Positions 1 through 8,887 of a DNA stretch of 64,000 nucleotides are shown one piece after another. Below the pieces are notes generated by a model. It saw nothing but the letters and a program-made list of their open reading frames with translations, searched no databases and was not told the DNA's origin. The first letter of the stretch is position 1; every line of letters begins with the position of its first letter. The stretch lies in NCBI GenBank assembly GCA_022824265.1, contig JAJEAG010000059.1, positions 8,736 through 72,735 of the forward strand. Reading direction: 5' to 3'. The position numbers and the translations under genes were made by a program. Source of the stretch: Candidatus Poribacteria bacterium (GTDB lineage Bacteria; Poribacteria; WGA-4E; WGA-3G).

Positions 1-593
1 TCAAGAAACTTGCCTTCCCGATTTTCAGTGTGATGGTCAACAACTCCTAACCGATGTGAACCTGCAACGACCTGTAGGCATCCGTTAGTTTCGTCAACAG
101 GCACGAGTGGAATCCAAGCGGTTGGTATGAGTGACTCTTCGCTGACTTTCCCAAAATAACCGCTATCTTGATGCCACGGAACAACGGTTAACTGTTGACC
201 GGGAAGTTTGGGACGGGCATTAAATACGGGATGCCCAATAACATCAGTTCCTGTGAGTTGACCAATTGCATCTACGAGGCGTGCAGCGTAATGCAAATCG
301 AAAATTTCAGCGGTAGCGATTTGTCCACGCCACGACCGACCGAAGCGGTTGGCATGTTCTTTAGCAACTTGTGCAAGACGCGTTTCGAACGGTAGTTCTG
401 TTCCTTCATCTTCAACGACTCCCTGTTCTTTCAGTTGGCGAATAATACCATCAACAACGCGCGCAAAACTGTCGCGTACACCATTGATAGTAGCCTTTGG
501 AACAACGTCCTTCAGCAGTAGATAGCCGTCGTTTTCCCATTGATGCATCTGTTCAGGAGAAAGTGGAGTTGGTTGCTTTTTATCGGTTGTCAT
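1..593 (-). CDS. Phytanoyl-CoA dioxygenase (PhyH) family protein, partial (C-terminus runs off left window edge)
   Basis: Own reverse-strand translation from ATG (complement of 591-593): MTTDKKQPTPLSPEQMHQWENDGYLLLKDVV...VPWHQDSGYFG...VVAGSHRLGVVDHH, which is PhyH-like. No stop before the window edge. Not in the ORF track, presumably because it is edge-truncated. Confidence 0.6.
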   Translation of the reverse strand, partial: MTTDKKQPTPLSPEQMHQWENDGYLLLKDVVPKATINGVRDSFARVVDGIIRQLKEQGVVEDEGTELPFETRLAQVAKEHANRFGRSWRGQIATAEIFDLHYAARLVDAIGQLTGTDVIGHPVFNARPKLPGQQLTVVPWHQDSGYFGKVSEESLIPTAWIPLVPVDETNGCLQVVAGSHRLGVVDHHTENREGKFL

Positions 594-714
594 ATTTTTC
601 TTACTTCCGTATTAACATTTTCTATGTTGATGATTTATCTATGTGTTTCCATATATGTTCTGAGCACTGTATTTATCCGGAGGTGGTAATCTTGTCCTTG
701 TCTTTTGAACCATT

Positions 715-927
715 CTAAAACCTCAGGTTCAATTTGAAGGAGATTTTCGGGAGAATCTGATCTGCATTTTCCCAAAAGTCATCATCAAGTTCCGGAATTT
801 CTGATGTGTCAATAGCGTCTTCAGGGAGACTCTCAATTTCAGAGAGTCGCGTCTTTGATAACTGTATTGTATCTTCTCCTTTCCTTAGAAGTGGCTTTTC
901 TTGCCGATATAATTCGATGCTTTCCAT
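715..927 (-). CDS. hypothetical small acidic protein (70 aa)
   Basis: ORF in track; no recognisable motif; sits just upstream (on the minus strand) of the PhyH gene. Confidence 0.25.
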   Translation of the reverse strand: MESIELYRQEKPLLRKGEDTIQLSKTRLSEIESLPEDAIDTSEIPELDDDFWENADQILPKISFKLNLRF

Positions 928-1145
928 CCCTTGGAAGTTTGATCATTTTTATTCTCGTCCCACTCGAATTCCATAATATCGTATTGATTTATTTCTAATA
1001 AGACATCTCATTTATTATATCACTTTTAAGTAAAATTGACTATTATTTTTCAAGTATACATTTTGTTGTGCTGACAAATATTCCTTATACCGTTGACATT
1101 TTACCCAGAAATTGATACCCTACACATATCAAAGGAGGAAACATC

Positions 1146-2519
1146 ATGGCAACTTTGACGCAAACTGAAAACCGCATTAGACCCCTCTATATTGACGGAT
1201 ACACCCATCAACTGAGTTACGCACCTGGCGAAGAGATTGCCTTTCATGTCTCAACCAGTGCTGGGAACCACTCTCTTGAGATTGCACGCATCGGTGCAGA
1301 ACGTGAAGTAGTATTCAATGAATCTGGACTACCCGGGAAGGCACAACCTGTTCCCGTAAATGCTTCATCTCACGGATGTGGGTGGGAAGCTACCTATACG
1401 TTTGAAGTGCCAGATACATGGCAGAGCGGATATTATGAAGGTATACTCCGCGCATCAGATGGTGGTGGTGACCCCATCTATAGGAACCATCGCACAGTAG
1501 AAAGTTCTTTACACTTTATTGTTCGTCCAGCAGAACCGGGAGCTAAAACTCCAATGCTATTTCAACTTTCCACCAACACATATAACGCTTATACCAACTG
1601 GGGTGGTTTTAGTCTTTATGGGTATCACGGACAGAATGGAATGCAGGGACGACGTGTTTCATTTGACCGACCTATTGGGAGCCAGTATAGGACGTGGGAG
1701 TTACCTTTTGTTGTCTGGGCAGAACAGAATGGATATACACTTGATTATGCTGCAAATAGTGACCTTGAATTCCGTCCTGAGATGTTGAAAAATTACAAAC
1801 TGGTATTGAGCCTTGGGCACGACGAATACTGGTCTACACCAATGCGCGACAATCTTGAGAAATTCATTGCGGATGGAGGAAATGTCGCCTTCTTTAGTGG
1901 TAATGCTGTGTGTTGGCAAGTGCGTTCTGAAGACGATGGACGCGCCCTCGTCTGTTGGAAGCAAAGCTACAATCAAGACCCTGTTTACAAAACAGATGAT
2001 CACAGTACATTGAGCACTTTGTGGAGCCACCATCTGGTGAAACGTCCTGAAAACGAACTGACCGGTGTCGGTTTCCTTCAAGGTGGTTATCATTTGAGTC
2101 ACGGTCAATTTATGGATGGAGATGGTGCATATACGGCACACCGTCCAGAACATTGGGTGTTTGAAGGCACTAACTTGTCAAGGGATGAAAAGTTCGGTGG
2201 GCAAAATACCGTAGTCGGCTACGAATGCGATGGATGTGAATTTACACTTGAAGATGGCTTACCTGTACCAACTTATAAAGATGGCACTCCTGAAGGATTT
2301 ACAATTCTCGCCACGGCACCAGTCCGTTGGCATCCAGATGATTGCGAATGGTATGAACATTGGGAGCAAGGATATACAGGTGCTGCAACGATGGGTATCT
2401 ACACAAAAGGTGGCACTGTCTTTACTGCTGCTACGACAGACTGGTCACACGGCTTGGCAGGTGGGGATGCTGTTGTGGAACAGATTACGCATAATGTTTT
2501 GCGGCGGCTTTCGGCATGA
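1146..2519 (+). CDS. hypothetical protein, tentatively an N,N-dimethylformamidase-large-subunit-like / class-I glutamine-amidotransferase-like domain protein
   Basis: 457-aa ORF with SD (aaaggaggaaacatcATG). Motifs LFQLSTNTYNAYTNWGG and LGHDEYWS are recalled from DMFase-beta-like family members. Family assignment is from memory only. Confidence 0.45.
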   Translation: MATLTQTENRIRPLYIDGYTHQLSYAPGEEIAFHVSTSAGNHSLEIARIGAEREVVFNESGLPGKAQPVPVNASSHGCGWEATYTFEVPDTWQSGYYEGILRASDGGGDPIYRNHRTVESSLHFIVRPAEPGAKTPMLFQLSTNTYNAYTNWGGFSLYGYHGQNGMQGRRVSFDRPIGSQYRTWELPFVVWAEQNGYTLDYAANSDLEFRPEMLKNYKLVLSLGHDEYWSTPMRDNLEKFIADGGNVAFFSGNAVCWQVRSEDDGRALVCWKQSYNQDPVYKTDDHSTLSTLWSHHLVKRPENELTGVGFLQGGYHLSHGQFMDGDGAYTAHRPEHWVFEGTNLSRDEKFGGQNTVVGYECDGCEFTLEDGLPVPTYKDGTPEGFTILATAPVRWHPDDCEWYEHWEQGYTGAATMGIYTKGGTVFTAATTDWSHGLAGGDAVVEQITHNVLRRLSA

Positions 2520-2603
2520 AGTAATTTCTATATAACATCTAATTCTATGACCTAACAAAACGTTAAACCACCAAATTTAACATTTCCCTACATGGAGTTT
2601 TGA

Positions 2604-4052
2604 ATGGCTAATGAACGTCCGAATATCGTATTAATCACCACAGACCAACAACGCGGCGACTGTTTGGGTATTGACCCCGACGGTCCTGACTGTCTACAGA
2701 CACCGAATCTTGACTGGATCGGTCGCAGTGGAACACATTTTCGACGCGGATACGCGGAATGCCCGAGTTGTATTCCTGCCCGACGCGGTCTAATGACAGG
2801 CACTGCACCTGCAGCCAACGGAATGGTTGGATATACAGGAGCACAATGGAACCCACCACATACGCTGGCAGGTGAATTGTCCGCAGCTGGTTATCAAACC
2901 GAGATGATCGGCAAACTACATCTATCTCCACCACGCAGACGATACGGCTTTGATCACGTCCAGTTGTCCGATGCTACTCATGGAACTGCCAATAACGACT
3001 ACGTCGAATGGTTACAACAATACCATTGTCGTAATGATTACGATCCAGGGATGGCACACGGTGTCTCTGCTAACGGGTGGGTTGGACGACCACATCATCT
3101 TCCCGAAGAACAGATGCACACCTTCTGGTGTGTCGACCGCGCCCTTAAATTCCTCCGAAAACGCGATCCATCAACTCCCTTTTTCCTTAACATCTCCTTT
3201 ATAGACCCGCACCCACCGTTGACACCACCCGCACACTATTACCAACGTTACATACAGCGGGATCTTCCACCACCCGTTATTGGTGACTGGTCATTAAACC
3301 TTGACATTGAACAGAAAGGGCAGAATCCAAATGCGTGGAAGATTAACCTTGACAAATACGATATGCAATGTGCGCGGGCTGCCTATTACGGAATGATTAA
3401 TTTTATTGACGATCAGATAGGTCGGTTGCTTCAAAATGCTGGTAGTTTGAATGACTGTCTCGTTATTTTTACTTCCGACCACGGTGAAATGCTTGGTGAC
3501 CATAACATGTACCGCAAAACCTTCCCTTATGAAGCCTCTGCACGAGTGCCGTTTCTTATACGAGCACCTCGGAGATGGGGTTATCCACAAGAAACCGTCT
3601 GTAATAGTCCTGTCGGTTTGCAGGACATCATGCCCACTATACTTGATGCTGCAAATATTGAGATTCCAAGCACCTGTACTGGTAAAAGTCTATTACCTAT
3701 CATGCGAGGTGATGCTGATCGGATAAGAGAATGCCTACATGGGGAACACTCCGGTTGCTACGATAACAAACATGGCAACCACTATGTGACTGATGGACAA
3801 CACAAGTACATCTGGTATTCCCAAACGGGTAGAGAACATCTCTTCAATTTGCAAGAGGATCCACACGAAACAACAGACTTAGCACTTCAGAGCGACGCTG
3901 AAACTCTACTAACTCCGTGGAGGAATCGTCTGATTGAGTTCCTCCGCGACCGTCCTGAAGGTTTTACGGATGGAAAGAACCTCATTGCGGGGCAACCCCA
4001 TAAAGCTTTGTTGCCTGACTATGATGCCAATGCAACATATCCTTATTTATGA
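2604..4052 (+). CDS. sulfatase (formylglycine-dependent arylsulfatase family)
   Basis: N-terminal PNIVLITTDQQRGD plus the CIPARRGLMTG signature (C-x-P-x-R) in the 482-aa ORF. Confidence 0.9.
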   Translation: MANERPNIVLITTDQQRGDCLGIDPDGPDCLQTPNLDWIGRSGTHFRRGYAECPSCIPARRGLMTGTAPAANGMVGYTGAQWNPPHTLAGELSAAGYQTEMIGKLHLSPPRRRYGFDHVQLSDATHGTANNDYVEWLQQYHCRNDYDPGMAHGVSANGWVGRPHHLPEEQMHTFWCVDRALKFLRKRDPSTPFFLNISFIDPHPPLTPPAHYYQRYIQRDLPPPVIGDWSLNLDIEQKGQNPNAWKINLDKYDMQCARAAYYGMINFIDDQIGRLLQNAGSLNDCLVIFTSDHGEMLGDHNMYRKTFPYEASARVPFLIRAPRRWGYPQETVCNSPVGLQDIMPTILDAANIEIPSTCTGKSLLPIMRGDADRIRECLHGEHSGCYDNKHGNHYVTDGQHKYIWYSQTGREHLFNLQEDPHETTDLALQSDAETLLTPWRNRLIEFLRDRPEGFTDGKNLIAGQPHKALLPDYDANATYPYL

Positions 4053-4070
4053 AAATCCGTTGCGGGTATA

Positions 4071-5522
4071 ATGTTAGTTACTGTTGCGTATTCGGTGATG
4101 ACGTGCTATCCTATTTATATGGAAACTGCAAAACGAAATCCTTCAGCAATGCGCACTCCCGGTGCTGTACTCTTAATCTCCTGCTATGAACTTGGACACC
4201 GACCAATAGGACTAACGCGTCCTCTTCGCGCACTTGAAAGTGCAGGATTTTCACCCGATACTATTGACATTGCAGTCGAAACCTTGGATACAGAAAAGGT
4301 CAGCCGTGCAGAGTTTATTGGTATCTCTGTACCGATGCATACTGCCTTACGACTCGGTGTTCACCTGCTCCAACGAATTCGTGAACTCAACCCAGATGTC
4401 CCAATATGCATGTATGGACTTTACGCGGGACTCAATGCCGACTACCTACTCTCACACGGGGTTGACTATTGCATCAGTGGTGAAGTGTCTACGCAACTTG
4501 TTGAGTTAGTACAATCTCTTGCAAAGAAAAAACACACGAAGGCACAGAAACATCCAACAATCACTATCGGAAAACTTCCTGCTTTAGAAAAATACGCACA
4601 ATTTGAGGATAAAGATGAAGTGCGAACCGTCGGCTATACAGAGACAACGCATGGATGCAAGCATCTTTGCACGCATTGCCCTATACCTCCTGTCTATAAC
4701 GGAAAATTTTTTCCTGTGCAGCGTGATACTGTGTTAGACGAAATTCAGAAACAGGTAGCAGAAGGGGCGACACACATAACATTCGGTGACCCTGATTTCC
4801 TCAACGGTCCAATGCACGGACTTCGCATTCTCCGCGCAATGCATGAGATCTGCCCCGACCTAACATTTGACTTTACAACAAAGATTGAGCATATTCTTAA
4901 ACATAGAAAACACTTTGCTGAATTTGCTGGACTCGGATGCCGATTTATCATTTCTGCGGTAGAATCGCTAAGTGACAAGGCGTTAACTATTTTGGAGAAA
5001 CACCACACTCGCGCAGATGTTGAAACTGCACTTGAGATTGTTCACGGTGCTGGAATCGCACTAAGACCAACATGGGTACCGTTCACTCCGTGGACAACCT
5101 TAGACGACTATCTTGAAATCCTTGAATTCGTCAACACACACCGACTCGTTTACCATGTTGATCTTGTACAGTACGCGGTTCGGTTGCTCATTCCACCCGG
5201 TTCATATCTGCTAAACCGACCCGAAACAAAAGCACTTTCATTCACATTTGATCAAACTGTCTTTAGTTATATGTGGTCACACTCCGATCCACGTATGGAT
5301 GAACTTCACAAAACGGTTAATGCCCTTGTAGAAAAAGACGCACGAACCGATGTTGATACAAAGGACACCTTTTATCGGATATGGGAACTTGCCGCTGATA
5401 TGAAAGGACAACCTATACCGAAACGAAGGAGTGTATTACATTTACCCGCGCCACGTATTACTGAAGCATGGTTTTGCTGAGCGGAACCTACCGAAGGGCA
5501 GTTTGCCCCAATACATGTTTAG
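4071..5522 (+). CDS. B12-binding-domain radical SAM protein, CUAEP-tail family; predicted selenoprotein (in-frame TGA 5478-5480 read as Sec; real stop TAG 5520-5522)
   Basis: CX3CX2C (GCKHLCTHC) is a radical-SAM cluster motif. The N-terminal domain resembles class-B B12-binding (..VDYCISGEVSTQLVEL..). The annotated ORF ends ...EAWFC-TGA, but the next codons GCG GAA CCT give C-U-A-E-P, then TEGQFAPIHV-TAG. The start codon is uncertain (ATG at 4071, 4098 or 4119). Confidence 0.7.
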
Positions 5523-5546
5523 AATTTACTTCACAAAGGAGAAAGT

Positions 5547-6233
5547 ATGTCAAAACAATTACAAGAACTACTTGACTTAGAAACTGCACCTATTGCAGTA
5601 ACATTCCACGAGGCACAACCTGATGGTGTTTCCCGTGTGGAAAAAGTTGAAGCATCAGGTTGCACCTATTGGAAACGCGCATCAGAAGGAAAAACCTTTT
5701 ACACAGAAGCATCTGACCATTACAACTGTCCAATAGGGTGTTATACTCATAATGTCGAACTACCCGATGAACAAATGAAGGAGTTGGAAAACACTCTTGG
5801 ATTAATGGGTGAACTCGGTTATATTAGTATGGATGAAGTCCCCGGTATCCCTCGTCAAGAAAATACGTTTCAAAACGCAGTCTACTCCCCATTAGCAGAC
5901 ACACAAGACATACCGGATGTTGTTATTATCTCTGGCACGCCAAAGCAGATGATGCTCTTAGTTGAAGCCGCGACCGCTGCAGGAATAGAGATAGAAAACG
6001 GCATCATGGGAAGACCAACCTGTGCTGTTATACCTGCTGTTATTCAGTCTGATGGAGGCGCAAGTAGTCTGGGATGCATTGGTAACCGAGTTTATACTGC
6101 GCTCTCTGACGATGATTTCTACTTAGCTTTCCCAGGCAAACATATTGATGCTATTATAGATAAGTTAGAGACAATTGTGAATGCAAACCATGCATTAGCG
6201 GAATATCATCAGCAACGGCAAGAGGAAATCTGA
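5547..6233 (+). CDS. DUF169 family protein
   Basis: 228-aa ORF with a strong SD (aaaggagaaagtATG). Cys-containing motifs (ASGCTYW, NCPIGCY, PTCAVIP, LGCIGNR) are typical of DUF169/COG2043. Its stop overlaps the next gene's start (TGAATG). Confidence 0.7.
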   Translation: MSKQLQELLDLETAPIAVTFHEAQPDGVSRVEKVEASGCTYWKRASEGKTFYTEASDHYNCPIGCYTHNVELPDEQMKELENTLGLMGELGYISMDEVPGIPRQENTFQNAVYSPLADTQDIPDVVIISGTPKQMMLLVEAATAAGIEIENGIMGRPTCAVIPAVIQSDGGASSLGCIGNRVYTALSDDDFYLAFPGKHIDAIIDKLETIVNANHALAEYHQQRQEEI

Positions 6234-7025
6234 ATGAAAAGCGTTGCTGTGATTACCGGTGCCGCAAGTGGCATCGGACGCGGTATGGCGGAACGGTTCG
6301 CTGCAGAAGGAATGGCAGTTGTCATCGCGGATATTGAGGAACAACCATTAGCCAAACTTGAGGCAGACCTACGGACTAAAGGCGCAACAGTCCTCGCTGT
6401 CCGAACAGATGTCTCAAACGCAGCCGATGTTGAAAACCTTGCTGTACAAACGGTTGATACTTATGGTGCGGTGCATATCCTGTGCAACAACGCAGGTGTA
6501 GTCTGTAGCCGTCCAATCTGGGAACATACCCCCGCCGATTGGGAATGGGTATTAGGTGTCAACCTCTGGGGTGTAATTCACGGTATCCGTGCATTTGTCC
6601 CACGCATGCTAAAGCAAGAAACTGTATGTCATATTGTGAACACTGCTTCTATTCTCGGTTTAGTCCGAGGTCCAGGTGAAGGCATCTATAAAGTCAGCAA
6701 ACACGGTGTCGTTACGCTTTCGGAAACCCTTGCCGACGAGTTAGCACAAAAAGATTCACAAATTCAGGTGCATGTATTGTGTCCCGGTTGGGTGCGCACA
6801 GGTATACTCAATTCCTCTCGTAATCGTCCAGATGTTGAAGCGCACCATAATCGGCAACATATCACCGAATCCCAGAATGTTCGCGCTGAGATGGAAGCAG
6901 GAATCTCTCCTGCCGAAGTGGCAGATCATGTCTACAACGCAATTCAGACAGGTACATTCTATATTCACACACACCCTGAACATAAAGCGTGGATCCGCGC
7001 CCGTATGGAAGGTATTCTCGGTTAG
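6234..7025 (+). CDS. SDR family oxidoreductase (short-chain dehydrogenase/reductase)
   Basis: TGAASGIGRG Rossmann motif, NNAG, and the catalytic Y-x3-K (YKVSKHG). Confidence 0.9.
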   Translation: MKSVAVITGAASGIGRGMAERFAAEGMAVVIADIEEQPLAKLEADLRTKGATVLAVRTDVSNAADVENLAVQTVDTYGAVHILCNNAGVVCSRPIWEHTPADWEWVLGVNLWGVIHGIRAFVPRMLKQETVCHIVNTASILGLVRGPGEGIYKVSKHGVVTLSETLADELAQKDSQIQVHVLCPGWVRTGILNSSRNRPDVEAHHNRQHITESQNVRAEMEAGISPAEVADHVYNAIQTGTFYIHTHPEHKAWIRARMEGILG

Positions 7026-7086
7026 TTTATGTTATTCTACCTGTTTTATATATGGTGAACTTTGTAAATAAAGGGACTTATGTTCT

Positions 7087-7151
7087 GTAGGAGCGATCTC
7101 CGAATCGCGACGATACTCATTGATAGTCGGGAATCGGAGTTCCCAACCTAC
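7087..7151. repeat. Inverted pair of REP-like palindromic elements with a 5' GTAG head (gtaggagcgatctccgaatcgcgac / rc tgtaggttgggaactccgattcccgac)
   Basis: Seen directly. The first unit is identical to 54781-54805. The second unit on the opposite strand has the same GTAGG+stem-loop architecture. Confidence 0.6.
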
Positions 7152-7299
7152 ATCTCTATATGTTCCATTAATTCTAAAGTTCACCATAAACGAATCTAAA
7201 CAGATTTATTTCAGGAGAAACTAATCCTGGTAATCCTATAATCCTGAAAATCTTGGTTCTGACAAAACAACCATACATATCTATATCTCTGCATTGCCG

Positions 7300-7329
7300 T
7301 TGACAAAATCAACTTTTTCATTGTATACT
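7300..7329 (+). promoter_or_regulatory. candidate sigma-70 promoter (TTGACA-18 nt-TATACT) for the 7514 lipoprotein operon
   Basis: ttgacaaaatcaactttttcattgtatact. Same -10 context (tgtatact) as the tRNA promoter at 53362. Confidence 0.45.
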
Positions 7330-7513
7330 ATTTTTAATAGAGTATTAACTTTTGATCTCAAGGAACCTTATATTCTCATCTTACCAAGTGAGAATATAAA
7401 AGCCGAAGATATACCAAGGGTTGAAACGCGGATAATTATTAAACCGCGCTAACTGGCGAACGAAACCTTTTTATCAACCCATGATCGTTAATAATTCAAG
7501 AGGAGAGATTTAC

Positions 7514-8014
7514 GTGTTTCGCTTAAAATTGAAATTACGAGCAGTTATTCTCGTCTGCATCTGCATACTCACACTGCTTGCATGCGGAACAGGGGAAATC
7601 CAAAATTTTGAAGGTATCAGCATCATATCTGAATCGCGTATTGATCGGATAAACATCACCGTTTATCTTACTGATAAACATGGAGTTCCACTAATATGGA
7701 ATCAAAGTATTCTTAGTCCAAGTGTCGGTGTTAGCACTATTTCAGACGCTGACTTTATCACACACGCAAAAATCTATTCAATGCGCAACGGTGAGAAACA
7801 TCGGTTAGTTTACGATGAAAGGCTTGTTGATGTGCGATGGGGACAGGAACCAAACAGCCTTAATAGAATCCTGAAGGCAGAAATACCGCGCGCGCTAATT
7901 GATGAAGACCCAGACCGTGATACGAGAAATGGAGTTATCACTGTTGAAGTAAAGACAGAAAAACAGGGTCCTTTCACGGATACCGTGGAAGAAACTGCTA
8001 TATATAGAAAATAA
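7514..8014 (+). CDS. putative lipoprotein (signal peptide + LLACG lipobox)
   Basis: SD agaggagag 6 nt before GTG 7514. The N-terminus is VFRLKLKLRAVILVCICILTLLACG. The track ORF starts at the upstream ATG 7481. Confidence 0.5.
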   Translation: MFRLKLKLRAVILVCICILTLLACGTGEIQNFEGISIISESRIDRINITVYLTDKHGVPLIWNQSILSPSVGVSTISDADFITHAKIYSMRNGEKHRLVYDERLVDVRWGQEPNSLNRILKAEIPRALIDEDPDRDTRNGVITVEVKTEKQGPFTDTVEETAIYRK

Positions 8015-8016
8015 CA

Positions 8017-8874
8017 ATGCCTATACACACACAAGACTATCGACATTGGGAAGGGACGCTAAACCCTCAAAAATATACACGGTGGTGGGTTATCGCAAAA
8101 GCTGAATTGAAACTACTCGCAAAACGCAAAATCGTCCGACTAATTATTGCGATTCCACCGGTTATTTACATCATAGTGCACGCAGTAATGATCTACTTAT
8201 ACAACCTGTTTGAAGCGGTTGATTTTCCCTTTAAGGTAGACTCAGCGTTTTTTCAGCACTTTATTTTTAGAATTGAGTTTATATCAGGACTTTTTGTTGC
8301 CATAATTGCAATTTTTGGGGGTGCAGGGTTAATTGCCAACGATCTAAAGAGCAACGCACTTTCCCTTTACCTATCTAAACCAATTTCATGGGTAGATTAC
8401 CTCATCGGAAAATTTGCTGCAGTCGGTATATTGCTTACATGCATAACGTTGTTACCCGGGATGTTGCTATTTCTGGAACAACTGTTGTTATCCGATTTTA
8501 ACTTCTTTAAAGAGAATTTCTGGATAGTTTTCTCCATTATCGGCTATTCAATAGTCGTCACCACTATCACGAGCCTACTGATGTTGGTCTTCTCATCACT
8601 AACAACAAATTCTCGGTATGCGACCATCGGTTTTTGTGCAGTTTGGTTTGGATTACCTGTCCTCCACGCCATCCTCATAATAACTCTTCGAACGAGCAAA
8701 GTTGCTTTAGTCTCTATTTGGGCAAACTATGATCGTCTTGGTTCAGTCCTTTTCGCTTCAGATAATAGCTACACCACACACTGGTCTATCACGCTCCTGA
8801 TATTAAGTGCGTTGACTGTCGGCTGTATCCTCGTTCTTAGACATCGGATACGTGCTGTAGAGATCGTCAAATAG
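8017..8874 (+). CDS. polytopic membrane protein, ABC-2-type permease-like
   Basis: N-terminal RWWVIAKAELKLL, as in ABC-2 permeases, with about 6 hydrophobic helices. There is a 2-nt gap to the upstream lipoprotein gene. No ATPase gene is adjacent. Confidence 0.5.
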   Translation: MPIHTQDYRHWEGTLNPQKYTRWWVIAKAELKLLAKRKIVRLIIAIPPVIYIIVHAVMIYLYNLFEAVDFPFKVDSAFFQHFIFRIEFISGLFVAIIAIFGGAGLIANDLKSNALSLYLSKPISWVDYLIGKFAAVGILLTCITLLPGMLLFLEQLLLSDFNFFKENFWIVFSIIGYSIVVTTITSLLMLVFSSLTTNSRYATIGFCAVWFGLPVLHAILIITLRTSKVALVSIWANYDRLGSVLFASDNSYTTHWSITLLILSALTVGCILVLRHRIRAVEIVK

Positions 8875-8887
8875 ACTATTTATTCTA

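Noticed and set aside
195-718. Plus-strand ORFs 195..395 and 497..718 at the window start
   Set aside because: They lie antisense to or overlap a much better-supported minus-strand PhyH-family gene (1-593) whose translation I verified; no motifs; treated as spurious.
1519-2535. Several 60-150-aa ORFs nested in other frames of the 1146..2519 gene (1519..1788, 1701..2153, 1813..2013, 2230..2535)
   Set aside because: Completely embedded in a longer ORF that has an SD and protein-like composition; no independent evidence.
4071-5480. Radical SAM next to a sulfatase interpreted as anaerobic sulfatase-maturating enzyme (anSME)
   Set aside because: No C-terminal SPASM/twitch Cys clusters. It has an N-terminal B12-binding domain and the CUAEP tail instead, so it belongs to a different rSAM family.
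5481-5522. Alternative explanation that TGA at 5478 is an ordinary stop and the CUAEP match is coincidental
   Set aside because: Not fully excluded, but the A-E-P codons directly follow Cys-TGA in a protein with exactly the family architecture associated with this tail; the chance probability is about 1e-4. Kept as a finding pending a check for Sec machinery.
7211-7265. Short tandem repeats as a possible CRISPR array (also 62968-63020)
   Set aside because: The repeat unit is only 8-9 nt with no spacers of defined length; no cas genes; not CRISPR.
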